From contig JANNXA010000032.1 of NCBI GenBank assembly GCA_031409275.1, positions 1-16,277 on the forward strand: 16,277 bases of DNA. Direction: 5' to 3'. This DNA comes from Planctomycetota bacterium (GTDB lineage: Bacteria > Planctomycetota > B15-G4 > SIAN01). Made by a program: the position numbers and the translations under genes. Of the stretch, positions 7,520-15,670 are shown piece after piece (positions within the stretch are counted from its first letter, which is position 1; each line of letters begins with the position of its first letter). The notes under the pieces are model-generated. The model saw nothing but the letters and a program-made list of their open reading frames with translations. It did not search any database and was not told the DNA's origin.

Positions 7520-9226
7520 ATGCGCGCGATTCCCTCGATCTTCGACGTTCTTCTCGGGGCGCTCCTCGCGCCTTGCCAGTCCGTCGAACGCAACGCTTCG
7601 ATGGACCCGATCAGCCGGATGCTGCTCTTCCCGAGCGACTTCGAGCTTGCCGACGCCGAGTTCGCAGCGCTGCAGCCGACGACGGTGAACTTCGAGAACG
7701 CCAGCGGCAGCGTGCTGCGCGGCCTCTGGTACGAGTCGACGGCGAGCGACCGCACCGTCCTGGTCTGCATGGGCAACACCGGCAACTGCAGCTGGTTTGC
7801 GCCGTATGCCGCGATCCTCCAGGGCGGCGGCTGCGACGTCCTGCTCTTCGACTACCAGGGTTATGGCGCGAGCGAGGGAACGGCGTCGCTGTTGTCGCTG
7901 CCAGGCGATGCGCAATCGGCGTGGCGCTTCGTCACCGAGACGAAAGGGCGTCGACCCGATCAGATCGGTCTGCTTGGTATCTCGCTCGGCTCGGTGCTGG
8001 CGTTGCAGCTCGCGGCGACGACGCAGCCGGCCGGGTGCGCGGTCGAGGACGTTTTCTTTCCTGAAGAGCAGTTGGCCGCGGCAACGGGCTCGCCCGAGTC
8101 GATGACGGCGCGAGTGGCGCTGACCGCGTTGAAGGCGCTGGTGCTGCCGCAGATCGATCCGCGCGCCAACGCGAAGCGCTACGGCGGGCCGCTCTTCCTG
8201 CTGCATGGCGACGCCGACTGGCTGCTGACGCCGATGGCGACGCTGCGCCTGCTCGCGCAACGACCCGACCACACGCGCACCTGGATCCTCGCGCAGACCG
8301 GCCATTCGCCCGATTCGTTGCAGGTCGACGAGTGGGAGTACCGCGATCAGCTGCGCCGCTTCTTCGGCGATGCGTTCGCTGCAGCCGAGGAAAGCGCCGC
8401 GCTGCCGATCGAGCCGCGCGCGACGGTGGCGGTGGCGCAGGCGGCGCCGCTGCGGCTGCGCGTCGAGGTGACGGCGGCGCGCGCAGCAGCGGTCCAGATC
8501 GCGCTGGTGCGATCGCGTCCGGATGCCGCGCCGCTCGACGCCTTCTACGAGCGCCGTTTCGTTCCGGCCGGCACCTCGACGTTCGAGTGCGACGCGCCGT
8601 TCCTGCCCGACCATGTCGTCGCGACCGAGATGGTCCACGCGCTGCCGCGGGGCGACGGGACCTTCGAGCCGGAGCTCTCGCCAGCCTCGCAGTCGCTTGC
8701 GGACTACGCGGAGCTCGAACGCGAATGGGGGACGCACGCGGGCTCCGTGAAGTTGCGCGTCGACCTCGCGGCGGCGTCGGGGCGCGGCCACGAGGTGTCG
8801 CTGCGCGGCGCGCGGGAGTGGGAGTGGCTGAAGCCGAGGCTGCCCGACTTCGAGGAGGTCGACCCGCGCATCCGCCCGCGCTACGCCGAGTTGCTGGCGT
8901 TTCTCGCCCACGACCTCGCCGTCAGCGAACGCTTCGGTGCGTACACGGCGTTGCGCGAAGTGCGACGCGCGATGATCGACTTCCTGCCGCCCGACCCGCG
9001 CCGCTTCGTCACGCTCGGCAACGCGCGCATCGTGGTCGGCCTGCCGGCCGGCCTCGTCCTCGGTCACCTTGTCGCGGCGTGGTCCGATGCCGTCGCCGCA
9101 GGCGACGTCGCGAATGCGCAGCAGCTGTGGCAACTGATGAAACGCTTCGAGCTGCCGCTCGACGAAGCGACGCAGCTGCCCGCTCCGCCTCAGCCGGCGA
9201 TCAGCTCCGGCGCGTCCGGCAAGTAG
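7520..9226 (+). CDS. Alpha/beta-fold hydrolase (ABHD13/17- or YfhR-like) with C-terminal extension of unknown function (~568 aa)
   Basis: MGNTGN (HGNAGN-like), FDYQGYGASEG, nucleophile elbow GISLG (7976-7990), LLHGDAD (Asp at 8216) and GH (His at 8303). GGAG at 7510-7513 precedes ATG 7520. Alternative starts at 7487 or 7601. Confidence 0.82.
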   Translation: MRAIPSIFDVLLGALLAPCQSVERNASMDPISRMLLFPSDFELADAEFAALQPTTVNFENASGSVLRGLWYESTASDRTVLVCMGNTGNCSWFAPYAAILQGGGCDVLLFDYQGYGASEGTASLLSLPGDAQSAWRFVTETKGRRPDQIGLLGISLGSVLALQLAATTQPAGCAVEDVFFPEEQLAAATGSPESMTARVALTALKALVLPQIDPRANAKRYGGPLFLLHGDADWLLTPMATLRLLAQRPDHTRTWILAQTGHSPDSLQVDEWEYRDQLRRFFGDAFAAAEESAALPIEPRATVAVAQAAPLRLRVEVTAARAAAVQIALVRSRPDAAPLDAFYERRFVPAGTSTFECDAPFLPDHVVATEMVHALPRGDGTFEPELSPASQSLADYAELEREWGTHAGSVKLRVDLAAASGRGHEVSLRGAREWEWLKPRLPDFEEVDPRIRPRYAELLAFLAHDLAVSERFGAYTALREVRRAMIDFLPPDPRRFVTLGNARIVVGLPAGLVLGHLVAAWSDAVAAGDVANAQQLWQLMKRFELPLDEATQLPAPPQPAISSGASGK

Positions 9227-10533
9227 TCGCGCGTCAAGTTCTCGCAGCCCTTCGCGCGCACCACGAGGTCATCCTCGATGCGCACGCCGCCGAACGGCGT
9301 CAGCGCCTCGACCAGCTTCCAGTCGATGGCGGCGCCGGCCGGGCTCGCGCGCAGCTCGGTCAGCATCGAGTCGATGAAGTAGACGCCGGGCTCGATCGTG
9401 AAGACCTGGCCCTCCTCGATCCGCGTCGTGTTGCGCAGGAACGGGTTGTTCGTCTTCGGCTGCACGTTGCGGCAGCCGACGTCGTGGGTCTGCAGACCGA
9501 GCGAGTGGCCGAGTCCGTGCGGCAGGAACTTGCGAGTGGTGCCGTTGGCGACGAGCTCGGCTGCGCTCGACTTGGCGATCCCGACTTCGCGCAGCAGCGG
9601 CGCCAGCAACTCGTGCGCCTGCTCGTGCAGATCCTCGTAGGGGCGCCCGATGGTCGCGGCCTGGCACAGCCGCTGTTGCAACGTTTCGAGACCGGTGGCG
9701 AGCTGGCCGAAAGCGGCCGCCGCCGCGCCGCGACCCTTGACCGCGGTGCGCGTGATATCGCTGTCGTAGCCGAGGCACTTGGCGCCGGCATCGAGCAGCA
9801 GGGTCTGCGCGCGGCTCTTCGCGCGGCCGTAGCCGACGTGATGGAGGGTCGCCGCGTTCTTGCCCAGCGCCACGATGTTCTTGTAGGGCGTCTCCGGGTC
9901 GTCCTGGCTGGTGGCGCGCAGGTAGGCGAGGTGCAGCTCGAACTCGCTGCATTCGCCGCCGCGGAAGGCGTCGAGCACGGCGCGGTGGCCCGCGGCGGCG
10001 CGCAGGTTCGCTTCGCGCAGGCAGAGCGTTTCGTAGGGCGTCTTCTTCACGCGCAACGCGTCGAGCCGCGTCAGGAGTTCGCGCGCGTTGAAGGCCGCAT
10101 CGGGCAGGCCCCACAGCGAGCAGTCCCCGCGCTCCTCCCCGATGAACGCGAGGCGACGCCCGGCGGGCAGCAGCTCGCGGATCCGCGCCGGGTCTTTCAC
10201 TTCGCGCACGTCGAACGACGGCCAGAAGTGGTCCGACTCCGGCGCCTTGGCCTGCTCCCAGAAGTCGACGACGTTGAACCAGAAGAGTGTCGGCTTCTTG
10301 CCCGCCTCGATCAGCAGCGCGGAACGGCTGGTCTCGAGCGGCAGCCAGTGGTGGAAGTGAGGGACGGGGCGCAGCGCGAAGAACTGGTCATCGAAGAGGC
10401 TGCGCGACTTCGGGGCTCCCGAGTGGATCACGACGCCGTCGAAGCCCGCCTCGCTCAGCACGCGCCCGTACTCGCGCCCGAGCCACGCCACGTGGTCGCG
10501 GTAGGTTGCGGTGAGCGCGGTCTGGTCGAGCAT
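9190..10533 (-). CDS. pepQ: Xaa-Pro dipeptidase (prolidase), M24B family (~447 aa)
   Basis: Metal-ligand motifs LLDAGA, SDITRT, PHGLGHSLGLQTHDVG, FTIEPGVYFID and GGVRIEDD. N-terminal FDDQFFALRPVPHFHHWLP resembles E. coli-type PepQ. Start ATG at 10533 (MLDQTAL). Confidence 0.92.
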   Translation of the reverse strand: MLDQTALTATYRDHVAWLGREYGRVLSEAGFDGVVIHSGAPKSRSLFDDQFFALRPVPHFHHWLPLETSRSALLIEAGKKPTLFWFNVVDFWEQAKAPESDHFWPSFDVREVKDPARIRELLPAGRRLAFIGEERGDCSLWGLPDAAFNARELLTRLDALRVKKTPYETLCLREANLRAAAGHRAVLDAFRGGECSEFELHLAYLRATSQDDPETPYKNIVALGKNAATLHHVGYGRAKSRAQTLLLDAGAKCLGYDSDITRTAVKGRGAAAAAFGQLATGLETLQQRLCQAATIGRPYEDLHEQAHELLAPLLREVGIAKSSAAELVANGTTRKFLPHGLGHSLGLQTHDVGCRNVQPKTNNPFLRNTTRIEEGQVFTIEPGVYFIDSMLTELRASPAGAAIDWKLVEALTPFGGVRIEDDLVVRAKGCENLTRDYLPDAPELIAG

Positions 10534-10777
10534 GTTGATCCCCGTGGGTTTGGCGCGGCGCCGCCATCCTCGTGCGCGTTCCGTTCGCCTGATCGCGTCG
10601 GGGCGCCGGGGCCACTGTAGCGTCGATGGCATCGGCAACGTGGGATTGGCGGATGCTGCGCCGGATGTCGTTCAGGCGCGTGTGACCATCGGTCTTTCGG
10701 CCCTGCAGCCTTGCCACTACCTCGACGTCGAGCCAACGTTGGACGTCGCGCATGCCGCGATTCGGAGAGCGACGGCG

Positions 10778-11338
10778 ATGGCGTCCGACGACGACGCAGT
10801 GAGGGAGCTACTGGCCGCGTTCGATCGCGGCGACGAAGAGGCCCGCGCACAGCTCTTCACGCTCCTCTACGACGAGCTGCGCGCCCGCGCGGGCAAGCTC
10901 GCCGGCCGTCACGGCCGCCACGAGACGCTGCGGGCGACCGCGATCGTGCATGAGGTCTACATGCGCCTCGTCCACGCGGGCGTCGGCGGCTGGAAGGATC
11001 GCGCCCATTTCCTGGCCGCCGCCGCGCGTGCGATGCGGCATGTGCTGATCGACTACGCCCGCAAGCGCGGCCGCCAGAAGCGGCAAGCCGATGGCGTGCG
11101 CGTGGCGGTCGAGGAGCTGCTGGACAGCTACGAGGATCGCGCCATCGACCTCGAGGCGCTCGACCTTGCGCTGACGAAGATGGCCGAGTTCAACCCCGAG
11201 ATGGCGCAGGCGGTCGAACTGCGCTTCTTCGGCGGCGCGAGCGTGGAGGAGGCGGCAAAGCTCCTGGGCATGACGAAGCGCACCTTCGAGCGGCGCTGGG
11301 AAGCGGCGCGCGCGTGGCTGCGGACCGAAGTCGGATGA
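10778..11338 (+). CDS. ECF sigma factor, TIGR02999 / PF07638 (ECF43-like, kinase-associated, ~186 aa)
   Basis: LYDELRARA, TLRATAIVHEVYMRL, DRAHFLAAAARAMRHVLIDYAR, VELRFFGG..VEEAA and RRWEAARAWL. GGAG at 10764-10767 precedes ATG 10778. Confidence 0.92.
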   Translation: MASDDDAVRELLAAFDRGDEEARAQLFTLLYDELRARAGKLAGRHGRHETLRATAIVHEVYMRLVHAGVGGWKDRAHFLAAAARAMRHVLIDYARKRGRQKRQADGVRVAVEELLDSYEDRAIDLEALDLALTKMAEFNPEMAQAVELRFFGGASVEEAAKLLGMTKRTFERRWEAARAWLRTEVG

Positions 11339-14046
11339 ATCCGGAACGCTGGGCTCGGGTCGAGGCGCTGTTCGAGCGCGCGAAAGCGCTGCCCGAGTCG
11401 GAATGGCCGTTGTTCCTCGCCAACGAGGCGGCGGACGACATCGAGCTCGTCGACCTCGTGCTCTCGATGCTGCGCGCTCGCGCAGGGTCGAACTTCATCG
11501 ACCCCCCGGGTAGCGGGCCGCACGCGCCGCCGAGTGGTCCCGACTTGTGGATCGGTCGCAAGCTCGGCGACTTCGAGCTGGTGGAACGGATCGGCGCGGG
11601 CGGCATGGGGCTGGTCTACAAGGCGCGCCAGCTCTCGCTCCGGCGCGACGTCGCCGTGAAGGTGCTGCCATTCCAGACGCTTTCGAGTCCGAACCAGGTC
11701 GCCCGGTTCGAACGCGAGTCGCAGATCGCGGGACGGCTCCATCACAAGAACCTCGTCGAGATCCATGCCGTCGGCCAGGACGGCGACGTGCACTGGTTCG
11801 CGATGGAGCTGGTCGACGGCGTCGACCTTTCCGCGGAGATCAAGCGCCTTCGCGGTGAACGCGAGGCGCGCGGCGGTCGCCCGGGCCTGCTCCCGTTCGA
11901 TTCGAAGGAGTTCCTCGGCGCGGTCGCGGCGCTGATGGTGCAGGCGGCCGATGGGCTGGTGTGCGCCCACGCGGCCGGCGTCGTCCATCGCGACATCAAG
12001 CCGAGCAACCTGCTGCTCGATCGCGCGGGCACGATTCGCATCGTCGACTTCGGCCTCGCGCGCGACGAGGTCAGCGATCGCTTGACCAAGAGCGGCGAGC
12101 AGCTCGGCACCGCGCACTACATGAGCCCCGAGCAGGTGCGCCGTCGCGCGCACCGAGTCGACGAACGCACGGACATCTACTCGCTCGGCGTGGTGCTGTA
12201 CGAATTGCTGACCTTGCGGCGGCCGTTCAACGGCAAGACCTCCGCCGAGATCTGGTGGAGCATCACGCACCACGAGCCGCGCTCGCTGCGCAAGGTCGCG
12301 CCGCGCGTCCCGCGCGACCTTGCCACCATCTGCGAGACGGCGATGGCGCGCCGTCTTTTCGATCGATACCAGAGCGCCGCGGCGTTTCGCGACGACCTGC
12401 AGCGCTTCATCGATCGCGAAGCGATCGCCGCGAAGCCGTTGCCGCTGCACCGGCGAGCCGGGCGCTTCGTCGGAAAGCACCGCGCCCTGTTCGCCGGCGC
12501 CGCGGTCGCGCTGCTCGCGCTCGCGCTCGCGGGAGGAATCGGGGGCAGCCGTTGGAGCCATCGCCAACGGCGGATCGACGCGTGGCTGCAGCAGTTCCAG
12601 GTCGCCCTCGATCTGCGCGATTGGAGTGGACTGCCGGAGCCGGGCGCTGCCGCACGCCGTGCCCTCGTCGAAATGGACCAAGGAAGTGTGGACCTCGGGG
12701 CTTCGGGTCGGCAGCTCGCGGACCAGCTGCGCCGGCGCCTCGAGGTCCATCGCTCTTTCGAGCTGGAGCGCGGCCGGGCGCTCCTGGCGGGCGGCAAGGC
12801 CGATCATCAGCGCTGGAAGGGTCAAGACCGCGAGTTCAGGGCGTCCTTCTCGTCGCTTCAAATCGGTGAGGCGCTGCGGCGGCTGGGTGACCTGGCGACG
12901 ATCTTTCCCGACGACGTCGAAGTCGTCGCGGCGGCCGCGGTCGAGAACAGCTTCCCGCGAGTGACACTGAGCCTTGCCGCGGAGACGCTCGCGGCCGCGC
13001 CGCTCGCCGGTCAGGCACGTGCGTGGCGGCGGCCGATCGACGACCTCACGGAGACGGTCGGCTCCGCCATCGACATGGGGCCGCTGCCGATCGACGACGC
13101 GGCCGTGCCTCCTGGCCATTGGCGCTTCGTCGTCGAAGTACCTGAGTGGGGCTTTGCCGAGCTGGTCCGCGATCTCGTCCCCAGCGTCACGACTTGTCGG
13201 CTGGTGGCGCGTGTGCTGGCCGCGCCGGTCGCGATGCGCCGCATCGAGGGCGGGACGTTCGAGTTCCGACGCAACGCCGACTCGTCGCTCGGGTGCTCGC
13301 AGACCGCCGCCTCCGCCCCGTTCGAGACCTTCTGGATCGACGAAGCGGAGCTTTCGAACCGGGAGTTCGTCGCCTACCTCGAGGGCGCGCAGGCGCCGCC
13401 GCCGATTCACTGGAGTCATCTCGGCTACGGTGGCCGCGACTGGCGGGAGCTGCCGTTTGGCGACGGGCCCGATGCGGACGGCTGGCGCGAGCGCTGGCTC
13501 GACCTGCCGGTGGTCGGGCTCACGTATGCCGAAGCGACGGCGGTCGCCGAGTGGTACGGCAAGCGACTGCCGACCCACGTCGAGCTCGAACGGGCGCAGC
13601 GCGGCGCGGCGGGGCTCTACCTGCCGTGGGAGGGGCTCGAGCGCCGCGAGGACGCCGGCGCCTGCAACGTCGATCAGCCGCTTTGGTACCTGATTCCGTC
13701 CGATCTGTCGGCACCGAAGCCGACACCCACCGACCTCCATCGCGCCTACTACCGCAACTACCTGCGCTACGCGGTGCCGACTCGCGCGGACGGCTACCGC
13801 CACGGTCCCGAGCAGCTCTTCCACGCCTTCGGCAACGTTGCCGAGTGGTCGTCGACGCTCCTGCTCGAAGAGGTCGAAGGGCGTTTGGAGCCGAAGCGCT
13901 TCGATCGCCAGGTGCTTGGGGGTGGCTGGGATGCGATGGCGTCGTCGATGACGCTCGCGTCGCATGTGCGCGTTGGAATCGGTGCCGCTGACGTCAATGA
14001 CCACACGGGATTGCGCTGCGCACGGAGCGCGGCCGCAAAGCCCTGA
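11335..14046 (+). CDS. Membrane Hanks-type Ser/Thr protein kinase fused to a C-terminal FGE-sulfatase (SUMF1/EgtB/PvdO-like) domain (~903 aa)
   Basis: ATGA overlap with the sigma stop codon. Kinase motifs GAGGMGLV, VAVK, RFERE, HRDIKPSN, DFG, GTAHYMSPE and DIYSLG. TM segment ALFAGAAVALLALALAGGIGG (~12484-12546). FGE-fold motifs MRRIEGGTF, FWIDEAELSNREF, PVVGLTYAEA, KRLPT, GNVAEW, GGGW and GLRCAR. Confidence 0.92.
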   Translation: MNPERWARVEALFERAKALPESEWPLFLANEAADDIELVDLVLSMLRARAGSNFIDPPGSGPHAPPSGPDLWIGRKLGDFELVERIGAGGMGLVYKARQLSLRRDVAVKVLPFQTLSSPNQVARFERESQIAGRLHHKNLVEIHAVGQDGDVHWFAMELVDGVDLSAEIKRLRGEREARGGRPGLLPFDSKEFLGAVAALMVQAADGLVCAHAAGVVHRDIKPSNLLLDRAGTIRIVDFGLARDEVSDRLTKSGEQLGTAHYMSPEQVRRRAHRVDERTDIYSLGVVLYELLTLRRPFNGKTSAEIWWSITHHEPRSLRKVAPRVPRDLATICETAMARRLFDRYQSAAAFRDDLQRFIDREAIAAKPLPLHRRAGRFVGKHRALFAGAAVALLALALAGGIGGSRWSHRQRRIDAWLQQFQVALDLRDWSGLPEPGAAARRALVEMDQGSVDLGASGRQLADQLRRRLEVHRSFELERGRALLAGGKADHQRWKGQDREFRASFSSLQIGEALRRLGDLATIFPDDVEVVAAAAVENSFPRVTLSLAAETLAAAPLAGQARAWRRPIDDLTETVGSAIDMGPLPIDDAAVPPGHWRFVVEVPEWGFAELVRDLVPSVTTCRLVARVLAAPVAMRRIEGGTFEFRRNADSSLGCSQTAASAPFETFWIDEAELSNREFVAYLEGAQAPPPIHWSHLGYGGRDWRELPFGDGPDADGWRERWLDLPVVGLTYAEATAVAEWYGKRLPTHVELERAQRGAAGLYLPWEGLERREDAGACNVDQPLWYLIPSDLSAPKPTPTDLHRAYYRNYLRYAVPTRADGYRHGPEQLFHAFGNVAEWSSTLLLEEVEGRLEPKRFDRQVLGGGWDAMASSMTLASHVRVGIGAADVNDHTGLRCARSAAAKP

Positions 14047-14073
14047 GCCGACTCGTTCAGAGAGGGAGAACGC

Positions 14074-14709
14074 ATGTCCGACCTGCCCAAGCGTTGTTTC
14101 CAGTTGGAAGCCAGCCTGGTGACGACGTCGCAACGCCCGACCTTCGATGGATCGGTGTCGATTCGCGAGATCCCGATGAGTGAGCTGCAGCTCGTCGAGG
14201 CGCGTCTCGACGGCCAGCCGCTCGAGGTCCACGCGCTCGCCAACGACGTGCGCCGCGAGCTGCGCAAGGCGGCGAATGCGCTGGTGGCCGCCCTCCTGCC
14301 GAACTCGCCGGTGAAGGGCTTCGTGGTCAACGAATCGAAACCGATCGGCCCGATCTGGATCATCATTCCGGGCGACTACTACCTCCATCCCATCGACACG
14401 AACGGTGCGGTGTGTGTTTCCACGGTGTCGGACGCGAACGGCACCGTCTGGATCCAGCTCGAGCTGCGCGCGCTGCCGATCACCTGCCCCGAGCTTTCGG
14501 CGTCGACGTCGGCGGCGAAGCTGGCGATGAAGCCGTCGAGTGCGAAAGCGAGCCAGAACCCCGCGGCGAAGTCGACCGGCAAGAAGCGCGTTTCCAAGAA
14601 GAGCACGAAGAAGGTCGCGAAGAAGGCTCCGAAGAAGAAGGCCAGCAAGAAGGCCAGCAAGACGGTCCGCAAGACGATCAGCAAGAAGGGTGGCCGCGGT
14701 GTTCGCTGA
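14074..14709 (+). CDS. Hypothetical protein with histone H1-like Lys/Ala/Ser-rich C-terminal tail (211 aa)
   Basis: Starts 27 bp after the kinase stop, with purine-rich AGAGGGAG upstream. About 145 aa globular-looking N-terminal domain, then a 65-aa tail with 21 Lys, 4 Arg and no acidic residues. GC3-biased codons. Confidence 0.78.
   Translation: MSDLPKRCFQLEASLVTTSQRPTFDGSVSIREIPMSELQLVEARLDGQPLEVHALANDVRRELRKAANALVAALLPNSPVKGFVVNESKPIGPIWIIIPGDYYLHPIDTNGAVCVSTVSDANGTVWIQLELRALPITCPELSASTSAAKLAMKPSSAKASQNPAAKSTGKKRVSKKSTKKVAKKAPKKKASKKASKTVRKTISKKGGRGVR
14635..14661 (+). repeat. Tandem 12-bp repeat AAGAAGGCCAGC x2 (encodes KKAS) within the Lys-rich tail
   Basis: Exact copies at 14635-14646 and 14647-14658, followed by a partial AAG. 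Confidence 0.8.
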
Positions 14710-15670
14710 CGAGGTGCCGCCGGACTCGGCGGCGTCGGCGGGGTCGGCGCCCCAGCCGAGTCCGCCGCCACGCCGCCCGACGAGCCCGACCGAGTGGAAG
14801 GCGATGTTCAATGCGCGGGCGGCGGCGCTGAAACCGTCCGATCGCGCCCGCCGCTTCTTCCTCCAGTTCGACGCCTGGACCAGTTCCGAGTTGCTGGCGC
14901 TGCTCGACGACCCGGGCTTCGTCGCGTCGCTGCGCCCACCGACGCGACGACTCTTCGCGACCGTCCGGCCGACGCTGCCCTTTTCGCGGCCGACCGCGTT
15001 CTTCGAGATGGCGTTGATGCTCTCCAAGCAGGCGGTCTCTCGTGCTGAGCGCATGGTTCGCGGGATGGAGCTCACGCCGCCGCTGCCGGAGCCGATCGAC
15101 GAGCGGCCGCCGCTGCCGTGCGCCAGCCATCCGCAAGCGCTGCTGCGGATGGCCAAGTACCTCGAACGGATCTTCGAACACGGTTTTCCGGGAGTGCACG
15201 CCGCCCCCAACGACGGCGCGCCGTGGCGAGCGTTCGTCGCGGCGTTCGCGGCGTTTGGTTCGGGCGCTCTGGCGACGCTTGCGCCAACACCGCTTGGCGG
15301 ATGGCCCACACCGCTCAACACCGAACCGGACGGTGCCTACTTCTTCCTCTTCGCAGAGTTCGCGTTGCGGCGCGTCGAGCTCGCGTGGTCGCCGTTCTGG
15401 TTCAGGACGGCGCGGCTCTTCGTGGCGCTCGAGGACCTCTTCGACGCGGCCTACGAGTGGCCGATGATGCGGCGCAATCTGCAGGAGTACTCGCGCAAAC
15501 CTGGGCCAGCCAAGCCGCGGATCGACGCGTTCATGCAACACCTCGCGCGCTTCGAGGCGGACTTCAAAGGCCGCGCGACGTTGACGCGATTGACGCGGGT
15601 CCACGCCTTGAACGTGTGCCACGCCAACCGCGACGAGATCGTCGCGGGGTTCCCTCCGCAGAGCGGCTGA
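14690..15670 (+). CDS. Hypothetical protein, probably mainly alpha-helical (~290-326 aa; start uncertain)
   Basis: ORF 14540..15670. Plausible starts are GTG 14690 or 14699 (overlapping the upstream gene, preceded by AAGAAGG) or ATG 14804 (preceded by GGAAGG). Protein-like composition (FLQFDAWTS, EPDGAYFFLFAEFAL) after a Pro-rich N-terminus. Confidence 0.7.
   Translation: MAAVFADEVPPDSAASAGSAPQPSPPPRRPTSPTEWKAMFNARAAALKPSDRARRFFLQFDAWTSSELLALLDDPGFVASLRPPTRRLFATVRPTLPFSRPTAFFEMALMLSKQAVSRAERMVRGMELTPPLPEPIDERPPLPCASHPQALLRMAKYLERIFEHGFPGVHAAPNDGAPWRAFVAAFAAFGSGALATLAPTPLGGWPTPLNTEPDGAYFFLFAEFALRRVELAWSPFWFRTARLFVALEDLFDAAYEWPMMRRNLQEYSRKPGPAKPRIDAFMQHLARFEADFKGRATLTRLTRVHALNVCHANRDEIVAGFPPQSG

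Noticed and set aside
7520..7580. Lipoprotein signal on the hydrolase (LLGALLAPC)
   Set aside because: Pro at -1 violates the lipobox consensus, and the h-region is short and preceded by Asp.
3232..10620. Other long ORFs (3232..5346 +, 5413..7101 -, 7373..9133 -, 8332..10620 +)
   Set aside because: Shadow frames of the HEAT protein, lysC, the hydrolase and pepQ.
10511..10777. N-terminal extensions of the sigma (from 10511) and pepQ (from 10638) given by the ORF track
   Set aside because: The two would overlap head-to-head. Family similarity begins at 10778 and 10533, and 10778 has an SD-like GGAG.
13234..14046. Diversity-generating retroelement target (FGE/CLec fold)
   Set aside because: No reverse transcriptase and no template/variable repeat pair is visible in the window.
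11128..15321. 1397-aa minus-strand ORF, the longest in the track
   Set aside because: Antisense to the sigma, kinase and two downstream genes. The sigma and kinase carry clear family motifs and all four have plausible starts. The ORF itself has no recognisable domain.
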